Below, in pieces: positions 1 to 12,600 of a stretch of DNA of 64,000 nt. The DNA lies in NCBI RefSeq assembly GCF_025526975.1, contig NW_026515677.1, forward strand, positions 124,001-188,000. Direction: 5' to 3'. This DNA comes from Fimicolochytrium jonesii. Its lineage: Eukaryota. Both the position numbers and the translations under genes were made by a program. Position 1 is the stretch's first letter, and each line of letters starts with the position of its first letter. The notes beneath the pieces are model-generated. The model did not search any database, was not told the DNA's origin, and saw nothing but the letters and a program-made list of their open reading frames with translations.

Positions 1-145
1 AGAGAGGTGGGTCTGCAGGTGCGATGGTTGGAGAAGACGTTCCCGTGAGAGGGGTGATGGAGATGCCCGTGTTTCGCCTTGTAGCCCTCCCCGGTGGCAT
101 TTGCGCGGGTGTTGGTGGTGGTGGTAGAGGGTCTTCCTGGGGCAT
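1..145 (-). CDS. Possible 5' end of a gene running off the left edge (MPQEDPLPPPPTPAQMPPGRATRRNTG...)
   Basis: ATG at 145 on the minus strand, frame open to the window edge; Pro-rich and low-complexity; no recognisable domain. Confidence 0.35.
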   Translation of the reverse strand, partial: MPQEDPLPPPPTPAQMPPGRATRRNTGISITPLTGTSSPTIAPADPPL

Positions 146-2065
146 GTTCTCTCTCCCTCTCCCTCCACGATGGCAAGAAGGGTTGACTTTCTGTTTTCCG
201 CCGGAATTCCCCTCCCGTTGCGGCTAACACGGCATTCGTTTTTGAATTCTCAGTGGGTGATATTCTTCTCAGGAAGCTCTTTCGGGTTGTCGTAGACTGT
301 TGTAGGTGAATTGAAGTCTAAGCAGAGCGAGATCAGTTGCTGTGGGGAGTAACTGTCAGGGTTTTGTGGTTGGTATTGTTCCCACTGTGAGGACTTCGGA
401 CTCCTTCAAAAGAACCAACGCGGGAGTGCAATAGACGGTCGAAAGTGGAAGCGAGTCGAGAAGAATACAACAGGGCTGGCAGGAGTGGGTCTTCGGTCTT
501 GTGGATGAGCTGCTGCTTGTGTGGGTCTGTGGTTCCAATGTTGGTCCCTTGCAGCCCTTTCTCTCCCGCTGTCCGGCAAACCAACGCGTCTCTCTCAGTT
601 GCGCACCGTTTGTCTTGTCCAGAGGGGAAGGCAACCAACCACACACACAGCGACAAACCGTTGCAAGCTACATACGTACAGCAGACGGTGCTGAGCGTGG
701 GGCCAGGGCAATCTGGGGACTGTGCCTGAGAGAGTCTCAACCGTTGCGAGCAAGGGATAGAAGTGGGCTCCATCCTCTCCATCCTCGCGCTTCGCGTCTT
801 GATAGTAACTCTTCCGACCATGGAGCGAAGGGAAGCTCAGAAGAGCGGAGCGCGGGTAGCCGTATTGAACGAACCACGGCAGCAGCGAATCTACGGCTCA
901 ATCAAGCACTGGATAAGGAATATTGGGAAGGAAAATAGAAGAAGGCGTACCCTTGAACTGCCGGGCACACTCTGATCTCCTCTCACATAAGCGCCGGCGG
1001 ACAGGAAGGATACAGCTCCGCCGATGAGCGTGAGGACGGCTACGACTGCTGCAGCAGAGGCCGTTCAGAAGGATCAGCTCTGCCTAACAGGTGTCCGAGA
1101 GCGGCAGGGCCGCGTTTTTTGGATACAGCTCGGGCCAGCATATCGAATGGCGAGAGAGTTTCAGTAGCGTGGGCTACGAAGGCTGCAAATATATACAGCG
1201 GATGAGACGACAAGAGACCGCAAGGGAGACACAGGGAGCGAGGAGAACCAGGACGGGAAGCGTTGCCCACCGCCAGGAAACGACAGATGAAGGACCAGTG
1301 CCGGTGGGGATACCTTTTCGACTCCAAGCGGCAGCTTGAAGAGATATGCCCGAGGCGAATGAACCCCGGTGGCCATACAATACTCATCAAGCGCAAAGAT
1401 GGGAGGACCGGACCAGAAGGGAGAGGTGGGCGAATTTGTCACAGCCTGGATTGATAGAGTAGTTTAGGCTTTCGCCCGTTGGATGAGCAGCGAGGCCGAA
1501 CACGGCACTACCAGAAACACACGCACCACCTCGCCCCGCTCCCAATCCATTTGACAAGCTAGTAAAACACGGCATGAACACACGCGCCTCAATTGACAAA
1601 ATACAGATAGATCTTCACTTACCTTCATTCTGTGTGATGGTAACTCCTTCCATCGGAAGTTTGCCTCTCTGCTTCTGCTCCCCTATCTGTTGCATAGATC
1701 CATTGCTCCCCGGGTATATGGAGAATCCAATGGACTGGTTCTCTTGTTACCCGCACGAGGTTGAGAACGCTCGCGGTTGGGAGGCGTAGAGGGAGAAGGC
1801 TTGACGGAGATTAGGGAGGATGTTGCGTATGTGCGTGAGGGGATGCGTGAGGATGCCAGCCCAGAGCTGGGCGGATTTTTGTGAAGAGATCAGAAGGTGG
1901 CAGGGTTTTGTAATGTAGAGCGGGCAATCATTATTGGTATTTACAGCTAGTAGCCAAAAAAAAGTCATTATAGGGGATTACAGTGTCTTTACACGAACTA
2001 CTCTAGTGAGAAGAAGGCCGACTGAAAATGTGCAGACACATCCCAAATGTCGAAGTAAGTGTTTA

Positions 2066-2611
2066 TCAGGCCGATAGCTGCGGCGGCGCCTTCCGTGCCT
2101 GGCGCAACTTCCACATCCCCACGCCACCTCCCACCAGCGACACGATCCCACAGGCGAGAAACACCGCCGCGCCGCCGCCCAACGCCTTGATAATCGTGCT
2201 ACAATCCGTCACACACTCGAATTGCAGCGTCGGGGCCGTGTGGTCATAGTACCCATACCCGACCTCACACGCGCTCTTCCCCGTCGTCCGCGTACGGTCC
2301 AAACAATCGTTATGTATCACGATCCCCGCAATCAGCGTGACTACACTTTGGAGGAGGAGGACGCTGCCCATGGAGAGGAGGACGGGCGCGCGGGTGTACC
2401 GGTTGTACCAGAAGCAGAGGAGGAGGTAGGCGAAGGGGCCGATGAAGACGGTGGTGAAGGCCGCGATGATGGCGGCGAGGTGCGGGTGTCGCGGGGCGAG
2501 CACGTAGGCGGCGTCGGACTTTGTGTGCTCGTAGTGGTGGGGTTCAGGGCTGTGTACTAGGGGTTTCTCGGAGGCGAGGTGCGGTTGGGGAGTGGGTGTT
2601 ATGGTGGACAT
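2066..2611 (-). CDS. Hypothetical membrane protein, 181 aa, about 3 hydrophobic segments, intronless
   Basis: ATG-started ORF with GC3-rich codons like neighbouring genes; three hydrophobic stretches and a Cys-containing loop. Confidence 0.7.
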   Translation of the reverse strand: MSTITPTPQPHLASEKPLVHSPEPHHYEHTKSDAAYVLAPRHPHLAAIIAAFTTVFIGPFAYLLLCFWYNRYTRAPVLLSMGSVLLLQSVVTLIAGIVIHNDCLDRTRTTGKSACEVGYGYYDHTAPTLQFECVTDCSTIIKALGGGAAVFLACGIVSLVGGGVGMWKLRQARKAPPQLSA

Positions 2612-3697
2612 CGTGATGAGTGTTCTGTTGGTGTTTACTCGGGAACTTGTTGAGTGATATGGCAGTCAGGGTAGATGAGGGCTTTGGCAAGTGTAAGTAA
2701 GTGAAGACAGTAGCTGCGACTGGATCGTTATTTCTTGGCTGCGAGTGATGATGGAAAGAAAGGACGTTCCCAAAGCAAGCAGCAGCGAGCTTAAATACTC
2801 TGAAGAAACGTCAGGGTCTATGTCATGCAGTTGCCTTCACAACGTGAAAATGGAGTAAATTCCGGCCCCAGACCGATAAAGCGTGCATGTTCGGCACTCT
2901 TCGGGAGGAGGAAGGCTGAGAAGAGCTGACAACCTTGAGGGTACTCCTGGAAGATCGGAGACACTGGCACCGGATCGCACGCATGCATGTCTCCGCGATA
3001 ATCTCATGGGCCATGATGTCTTTGCTCGCCAAGAGCAGGGGCAAAACGGGGTGGCACGACGTTGCGCGAGCATGCTGTCGGAAGTTACGTATCTGCTGTG
3101 ACGAGATCATTAGATGGATAGATGGGAAGCCGGCTGGCATGTGCAAGCGATGAGCGTCTGCCGACTCCAGCGACTCTGTTTGACGGTCAAAATGCGCGCA
3201 AACGCTGCAAAAAGCAGGTTCCGGACGGAGCCGGCAGTTCCATGTCGTTTTTCGCGCGTTGCCTTTTTCGCGTGCGGAGTTTTGAACCCGCGTGTGGGGG
3301 TGATCAGTGATCAGTGATGATCAGCAAGAGGAGCAAGAGAGGAGGACGGGCACGCGCTTGTGTGACGGCGCGACTCACCCAATGGCATGTGAAAACTGGG
3401 TCGCGGGCGCTGCGCCACCTGTTGGCCACCCCCGTAATCAGAGCTTTTTACGCGTGCTGGACGACGCGTTTGAACCAACTCCGCAATGTGCTGGAAGCCT
3501 GGAACACTCCATGAAAGTGTGCAGAAAAGGCCGAAGGACGTTCAACGATTGCTCATCATACTTCACATGTGGATCGAGCAGGAAAACGTGCAGAGTGACA
3601 GGTCTTCTATTTACAAAGTGCTTTGGGTATAAGTAAAGCAGCACGTAGTAGTAGTATACATGATATAGGGTCCCAAAAAGTGTCTTCGAAAATAATC

Positions 3698-6600
3698 TCA
3701 GGTCAGTGATGCAAGGGCTGCCGTCCCTCGTTTGATGAAAAAGTCCTGGTCATGCTGCCCAGTCTTCAATTCGACTGCGATGATGAACGATGGTCTTTCC
3801 CTGTAAATCATGGTCGGAACGTTTAGTGGATCAGCACTGATGAAATTCGCTTCTGACAACTTATCGCTTTACCTCGTGCCAGAGCGCACTGGGTAGTAGT
3901 ACAGCGGGCATGCGTAGGCGCCCTTTGTCATTTTCTTTTTGCTATCGACAGGCTTGAAATGGATTGGCGGAAGCGCTGTTAGGAGCTCCATTGGTTTTGG
4001 CTCAGAGAGGCAGTTGTTTTTCCTATCCCAGCTGTGATAATCGAATGTTAAAGTAGCTGCCGCGCAAGATGTAACAAGGGATCTTATGGGTACCTTGCGC
4101 CTTCCAGATAAAGGTTGTTTATGTAAACGCCTTCTTTGGGTGCCTGCTGTACGTGAGCTTCGTCCTCAAGCTGCAGCACGGAGAACTCCCATGATAAAGC
4201 GTCGATGGCGATGCTGTTTCTTCGTGCGGCAGTTTGCAGCACTGCAGTCAGGAATCCGGTCGGGAATGTGAAGGCTCCTAGCCAGAACATCTTTGGCTCG
4301 TTTCTGTGGAGGAAGTTGTCAGCATGTGAACCTCCATGCATAAATGCTATCGCAAACCTACCCTTTGGCCCACTCGGCAAAGAACTCCACGCGTTGTGTC
4401 AAATCTCGCGTCCATGCCGCCAGTAGCTTTTGGGAGCCATACGCTTTGCTCCACTGCGGCGGTACTTTCCCTTCCGAGATGAACTTGAAGGTTTCCTCGA
4501 GTTCCGGTGACATGACTACGATTCCCCTGATCCCATCCTGCACATCCGTCAACGACTTTCTCATTCTATCCAGCAATTGATTGTATCGCTCGATTTCTTG
4601 CAGCAATACGACATTTGTGGGTGACAGATCATGCTGGATCAACTTGTATGTAGTGGTGTAGTCGATATTCTCCGGCAGCTTCCGCAGAATATCGGCCGCG
4701 AGGGCCAGAACCTTGTCCTCAATCGAAGCACCGCCCGTCGAGCTGACCTGCGGCTGGAGGGAAAGGAGACTCTGGAGCATGTTTGCCGACTCCTTGATCT
4801 GACTAGCGATATCGGCGTTGGAGTGCTGCCCAAACACTTCAGGCTTGTCAGCGCCAGGAAGCGAGTTGATGTAGTCGCGCGTGGCGGGTAGCTCGAACGT
4901 GTCGGGGATGTAGTAGTTTGGCAGGCTCGACACCTTGAACTGCGGCGTCGTCACTGCTTCCTCGCTGAAGAGAGTGTTCACGTAACTCCGCAACACACGA
5001 CGATCCCAGTCATCCGTTATCCGGCCTCCGTAATTGGCTTCCGCGATGAGATACCTCAACGCATCCCACGGCGTCTGTGCGTACTCATCCAACAGCACCG
5101 TCATGATGTTCTCGCAAATGTCAAAGTCCGAATCGTTGAAATCCGCCGTCACGTTCCACCCAAGCGTCAAGAACTTCTTCCGTTCCAGCAGAATACTATG
5201 GAAAAAGCAGAGCGAGAAGAGCAGCTTCTTGTACACTTCGGGCTTCGTACACCGCTCGTAGTTCTCTTCCAGGAAGCCAGCGTACAAGCGAGCCAGATTC
5301 GCCTTGACACCCTTGGGAGGCTCGGTGGTCATTTTGATCCCACTTTGCAAGATAGAGATGGGGAAGTCGGGGTGCGGGCTACTGGACAGCCAAATGCGGA
5401 AATCGGGGTGGATCCGTTCGCTCGCTAAACTCTCCAGCAGTTTATCCAAACTCGGCATCCAGCTGATCGACAGATGACAGTTCGCGAGGAACACCCAGTT
5501 GCCGTCCCGGATCCCGTCGGTGATCAGCTTGGTCGCTTTCGGGGCTTGGCCCTGACCGAGAGACAAGTAGTTGAACCGGTCAGTCATGCCTTGCTTCTCC
5601 GCCAGACTCATCAGGTTGCTCGTGGGGTCCATCCCGGGTGACAGCACGAAAATCAACGGCGTGCGCGGGGATGAGTCTGAATAAATATCCATGATATCCA
5701 GTATGGGCGGTTCGACGAACTTCTGCCCAAGGTTCGCAACGACAAACTTGCTGGCGCAGAATATCAGCCGGTCGGGGCGTAGCGACCGAACGATGAGCAT
5801 GCGTTGGAGGTCGTTAAGCTTGTTGTCCCAGTCGCCAGGGAAGGCGGTTTCTTCGGGGTCGCTGGTCATGAACCAGCTCTTCCATTCTCGTTCGCTTTGC
5901 TCGAGGGAGCTTACGAGGCCGGCGAAGGTTGCTAGTGCGTCCAGTTCGGTAATGTCATCCCATGCCGTTTCGGTGATCCTGTTGCGATTGTTTGTTAGCG
6001 ACATGAGAAATCATGCGGCATTCCGCTTCGATCCCAACTTACCATTCTGAATAGGGATTCGGTAGTTGCCGCTCCCTATCAATGACCTGACCACCTCGAA
6101 GCAAGAAGTCATATTCATCCTTCGCCAGTTTTCCTGCCGCTGCCATGATCTTGATCGTCATCTGGAAGGCGAAGAGAAGCTTGTGGGCTTCAAATAGACC
6201 CCGACATGTGTTCTTGTACACTGCATAGGTATGATAATCGTTGAGATTGAGGATACGCTCTGCCAAATCATCCGACCGTTTGCTTTTCGCAATCGACTTG
6301 TCGAACAATTCCGTGTACGCATCCAACGAGAACTGGTACATCGGATCGACAGTCGAGAGGTCATTCAACACGAAATACAGAACGGAGGCCCGTTGAGCAC
6401 AAGGCCGGTAGCATTCACGCGCCGCATCGATTCGCTTCTCGGTGTCCTCGCTGACGATCAGTTGCTGGGTCACCTGCTCGGCAGTGGTTTTGGAAGACTG
6501 GAGCGTGAGGACCAGCTTCTCGTCATCCAGCAGCGATCCCTGGGCGGTACTCAGTAGTTGCAGAATCTCATCTTCTAGATCCGCTAATTTGGTCTTGGCC

Positions 6601-9600
6601 GCTGCGACGTTGACTACCAACGTGCTCTTCTGGGCCTCGAGCTCTGGTTTCTCCCGCCTGACGACGATCCCAAGCAGTTGATCCTCCAACCCCTTCTCCT
6701 TGACAGCAAAGTTGACGACAGTGGCTTTGGCGAAGATCTCAGGCGCATAGTGAGGATTCGCAAGCTTTGTTGTGATGTAGAACCGGAAGTTCGGGTTGTA
6801 TTCGATCTCCTTGTCACCCAACTTGATTGTCAGCTGAGCCCCCTTTTTCACAACGGATTTGTTCAAGATGGGGTCAAGCATCGGGTCGATCGTGTCGAGA
6901 ACGCCTTGCAGAATCACGGGCTTTCCGTACTGGATCGCATTCTCGAGAGTTTTCATAAAGTCCGATTGCTTCAAATCAATGATCTTCAGGTCCTTCCCGG
7001 AGCCCTCCATGTTCTTGATCCACTTGTTGGCCTGGTTCTGCGGGTCGACCATGATGGACCACCGTCGCCCGCGCGTGACGATGATACCATTCTCAGCCGA
7101 AAATGCATCGCTAGGAAGCCCTTGGATGTTCCACTCCCGTATATCTGTCGGTCTGCCAATGAAGTTGTCAAAGGTGAAGTTGGTGGAAAACGGGATCTCC
7201 AGCGCTTTGATCTGCCCAAGCCAGAGATTTCCGACAAGCTGTTGGCGGTAGTTGCTCGGGAACGGACCCGCGTACGACAAGAACGCTGCCGCGAGCAGAC
7301 AGTCACCGGGTAAGTAGTTCATCGCGTTTTCGTAGTTTCCGATGCTCCGCTCCCACCGATCCCGCTCGCCCGCCAATCCGGATACGAGCTGTTCGGCTCT
7401 CAGCAGCTTCAGCTCCGTAAGCTCGGAGTCCTGGCGGAGTTTCTCTTTCAGCCCGACTTTGTCGTCGTACTGGTTTTTGAGTTCGATCAACTTGTCTTGA
7501 ATCTCCTGGAGTTTGGCTTTTGCTTCACGCATGGACTTTTGTTTCTTGTCCAGTGTTTCCTGGGCAGCGCGGAGTTTTTCGCGCTTCGGGGCTACCTGCC
7601 GGAATATTGTCCCGTACGTCTCCATGGCACGCACCCACATACAGAGGGATTTGGCTGCACCCGATACTCTACCAACGACATCTGGCTGGAATGTTTCGTC
7701 GGCACAATATTGCGAAACCCTCTTTAAGATCTTGTCCGAGATGTTGTCCTTGTCGAATCCGACTAGCTGTTTGATGAAGTACGGATTTCCTAGCTGCTTC
7801 TTGGCCTCCTCCCAAGTTGGCTCGGATTTCCGCAGTACCATCACCGCTTCCATGACCTTTTCGACAAGCGGGGGAGGTTTGCCGTACGAGCGAATCTCGT
7901 TCAAGTCCTTCTTGTTCAGCCCTTCCAGAGCTTTCATAGCAGCATTCAGTGCTGGCAAAGCTTGATCCAAATCTGCTTGCGCTGCGTCTGCTACAGCTCT
8001 AACCTCTTCTTCTTCGACTTCCAGCTTCTCGGCTTTTGTTGCCACACTTTTCGCTTGCTCGTCTGCCTCCCGTTTCTGCTGCACGATAACGACCAGATAA
8101 TCCTCACATTGCTTTTGAAACTGCGCGACCTGCTTCTTTGCCTCCTCGAGCTCGACCGAGATCTTCTCCACATTCTGCCGGGTATCATCAAGCTTGCTGA
8201 GACCATTTCGTAGCTTCGACGCCGCTTTGCCGATTTCCACCCGCTTCTCCTTCAGGAGCTGGATGTACCCGCTCACAAGTTCAAGATAGTTGATAGGAGT
8301 GACATAGTTGTATCGTTTGAGCTCGGCCCGCATCTTCGCTGAAGTTTCCACCACCGACATATGCACACTCACGAAAACCTGCGAAACCGCCCGCCGCATC
8401 GCATCGCTTCCCACATCAACGGTCTCCATGTACTTTACACCGACCTCGAGCAACGCGTCCTCCGGCCACTCCGAGAACCAATCGATGGTCGTGCAGTTGA
8501 CCAACGCTGGGAACATCCGCAGGCGGTTTCGGAAGGGTTCCCCGACGGGGCTCATACATATGATCATGTGCAGGTTGGTTCGCGCTCGCTCGAGGAACCA
8601 GGTGTACGCCCCATCCGGCGTTTCTAGGAGCTTTTCACCTTTGCCTACCGTTTGAAGGGTTTGCTTGATTTCTGTTAACTCTTCTGCGGTGAAGAGATTT
8701 GGTACCTGATTCAATTGGGCAAGGTCAGCCTTCAAGGTTTATCCAAGCCCAATAACAAGCAGCAAAGTTTGCGAATAATGGAAACTCACCTCTCCGCTGC
8801 TCAAGATGTTGCTGATATCCTCAAGAAACGTATCTGAAACAATCTGCTGGTCTGTGATCAGGAATGCCACCGCCTTTCCATCCACGCCAGCCTTTCGGAA
8901 TACAGTCTTCAAGTCTTCCCGGAAGTCCGTGTGACGGTAATGCTTCGATATCTTGATCTGGAAGACGTCCGTTTCGACAATATAGGCAGCCAAGCGGGTA
9001 AGCGATTGACGACCGCTGCCCCCAACACCGATCAGAAGCACGTTGCCCGCTGGCTGGCGCAAGATCCGAGTAATTCTGCAGATATGTTCCATGGCGTCGC
9101 GGAACAGAACCAAATCTGCTTGGACATAGCCAGGCTCCGAATTGTAGTCCTTGAGCTTGTCGTCCATGAACTTCTTCAACGTGGCGACTTGCGGGACCTC
9201 TTCGTAAACTAGCTCGGCGCTTCCTTCGCGTAAGAAGTCGACGAAGATGGGGATCCGCTTGTCTGGGCCACATAGCTGCTTCAGGCTCGTCGAGAAATGC
9301 GTACCAAGCTTGTCATCGACGAGTTTGTGGAAATAGTCTCGGTCCTCTTTGTCCACGAGACGGTCATGAAACACTCTGTAGATCTCATGGACGTAGAGCT
9401 TCTGGAAGGACTCTTTGGAGTCGTAAAAGTCTCGATTTGCACGTAGCAAGCCTTGGAAGACCCTGGAGATATCGCGAAGATTGAAGAGGTAATGGATTTT
9501 CGCCGGGGTTGGGAGTAGGTGGGAGGCAATCGAGTGGTATATCTCCACCGTCGCCTGGGTGATGAGATCTCCGAGCTGTTTGACATCTTCGTCAAAGTCC

Positions 9601-12600
9601 TGCAGCTTTTGGTTGATGATCGTGCCGAACATGCGCTTGACCGAAGTCTCCGTAGGGAATGTCATATTCACTACGTGGAATCGTGATTGTACTCGGGGGC
9701 TCAGTCGACTCCTGCCTCCTCCTGGAGGGCCCATAGCCGCGACTGCTAGCACATCATTCATGTACTTCTGCGTCTGCTTCTGGCGATCGTAGCAGAACCC
9801 GTAATCCATCCACTGTCGCAGGAACTCCAATGGTGGTTGGGATCCGAAGGTGTCTTTCGCAGGCATATTGAGGTCGTCAACAAACATTATGAGATGCTTG
9901 CCTCCGATCGGGACGAACATGTTCTTGGTGCGTTTCTCTAGCTTAGATTCTAGAATAGACTGCAGCCCGTTCGAGGATGTTCGCGCCGACATGTTGACCA
10001 TGAGAACGTTGCTAGTATCCTGATTCAATATGATCTGATGAACCAGGGAAGTTTTTCCCGTGCCAACGTCTCCAACTGCCAGTACAGGACTTTTACGACT
10101 GATCAAAGATTTGATCACAAACTCATTCCGGATGCTATCGATGGTTGGCACAAATATCTTGTAGAACGGCGTTCCGGGTGAGTAGCGCCATCCGGAGGGT
10201 AGCTTGTCTTCCCACGGCCCCCAGGACTTGTTTTGCTTATCGACGTAGTACTCGTACACCGTGTCCTTGCTTGGAAATTGACCTTCAATCTCGCGGAGGA
10301 ACATGTCAAAGCTCTTGCGGCTTTCGTCCGTGAGCGACCCTCCAAGCGTCCATATGATCGAGAACAAGAACCAAAGCTCGATCATGCGCGAGTACGAGTC
10401 TTGATCTGCGGGATCAACACCATTCTCCCTTGTCGCAACGGCATCAAACAACGTGCAGAATGAAATCACGGCAGATATCTCTGGAACGGGAACAAGTTCC
10501 TTGCAGGACTTGCGGAATTCCAAAGTTCTTGGAAGATACTTGTCGACCAAGCGACCCAACATCTCTGCAGAGCCCTTGTCATCGCGGCATTGCATCCAAG
10601 ATGTGAGGTATGGTCGCCATCCCAAATCCTCGTAGTCCATGTATATCATGCCCACGCGGCTGACCGTCGCAGGCGAAGCTGTGGACATGTCGTCGACCTC
10701 AAATAGCAGAGATACCTGCTCCACCAATGCAATACGCTCTCCATTGATCAGAGTGAGAACTTTGTTATCATCTAGCAATGTGTTCATGGATTCAATCCAA
10801 AGTGTGTCGACGGGACCATCGAGAATCAGCCATTTCTGGTCTGGCTTTTCGTCGGCGCAAGCAGCACGCATCAAGTTTGACAGGACGCCATCAGTCCACT
10901 CGTTGGTGCTGATATTGTTTTCTCCATAAAGTTCCCCAAGACTGAGAGCTTTGGGGTTCAATGGGTACGTCTTCACTGCACGATATATGTCTGGATTGGT
11001 TTTGGCCAGTCGGCCGCAGGTGCTTTGCAGAAGCTTCCAGACAGTGGACTTTCCAGATCCCGTCGCCCCGACAATCATGACTCCATGGCGAGTGAGTTTG
11101 GTTTCATATAACTGAATGACCTTGGTAATGATTCCCTCCAGTGGCTGCAAGTTGCGTTCCTTCATCTCTTCCAAAAGCGCGGTCCGGAAACTTGTGTAAT
11201 CCACGGTCGGAGCTTCCACTCCCGGGAAAAGATCAGAGAGCATCCCCATGAACAGCGGGACATCCCAAGCGGTCAATTTCGGGATGTTGTTATCTCGCAT
11301 CGATAGGTATACGACGATGTCGTCCGGGACAGTGATATCATCTCGTTTGCGTGCGCCCGCGCTGCGGAGAGCTGAGGTCATTGCACGAAGACCGAAATCA
11401 TAATGATCCTGTTTCGACAATTGCTGAATCGACAGCTTGTACAATGTGTCCACCTTCTTCGACAAAATGCGCGTATTCGAGAACCCTTCGGCGAAAAGCA
11501 TAATCTCGGCAATCAGCGCGCTGTCAGGAACCATCATGGCCACCGGTCGGAAGAGGGCTTTCAAGTTGTCGGGCAGCTCAGTTCTGCCTGCGTATCCTGG
11601 ATTCATGGTGATGAAGATCGCGCAGGAAGTATTGAGGCGGATTTCCTGGCCTTCGAAGACGAATACCTTCGCAATACGGGCTATCGCCGAGAGGATGGAC
11701 GAAATTTGTAAGGCTACGACACTCAGAACTTCAATGTTGATGCGGTTGAACTCGTCGAAGCATCCCCAGGCACCGGTTTGCGCCAATCCGGAGAACATCC
11801 TGCCTATGGACTTGTAGTCCATGTCTTCGGAGCAGTTCTGCACGATCACATATTTCCCCAAACTCTTTCCAAGATCCTTAACCGTCTCTGTTTTGCCCGT
11901 CCCAGCTGGTCCTTGTGGACTACCTCCACGATGTAGGTGAAGAGCGGTCGTAAGTGTCATATAGCACCGGTCCGTCAACGGGGTGATCACCAGTCGTCCA
12001 CTGTTGCCCAGGTACTCGTAACCGTAACGGAACTGGGTGTTGATCTGTCGTATGAAGCAATCTTCATCGTCTTTGGCCTCCTTCTCCCAATAGAATCTAA
12101 GCTGACAGAGCCAATCAAAAGCGTTGACATCCGACACATTCGTTTTGATCAGGCGATCAATGACATCCCGCGAGTGGACTTCGATTGTGATCAATGAGAT
12201 TAGCTTTTTGCGTTCGGTCTTATTCAAAGGAGATCTGACGAGATCAGCAAGTTTCTTCAGGCGTATCACTTGCTTCTTCTTTTGATCGCGCATAGCGTGT
12301 TTTTCGCCGTTCTGAATGTCCTGTAATGCTTTGGTGCAGTCCATTGTCCATGTCATCAGCCCTGCGGTGATGAGAAGTTGGCCGGGCCAATCCTTCAGCC
12401 ATCTGTCCATTTTGACTTTTTTCATGCTCATCAATGTTCCCATCAGCAAGCGTCGCAAAGTTACGCGCATGGCGGTCTCGACGTCAGTCAGCCAACTTTC
12501 CACCGGACCTATGATTGCATGATTCAGCCTCGCTAACGAAATAATAGTGTTGTGCAGGTATCACTCACCTTCGAGCAAAACAGGGCTATTGAATGGCACG

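Noticed and set aside
760..1920. Short + strand ORFs that look like a decayed gene
   Set aside because: Multiple stops and no recognisable family; cannot be supported without blastx
2745..2803. C/D box snoRNA-like GTGATGA...CTGA
   Set aside because: No adjacent terminal stem and no recognisable rRNA-complementary guide; lies in the promoter of the minus-strand gene
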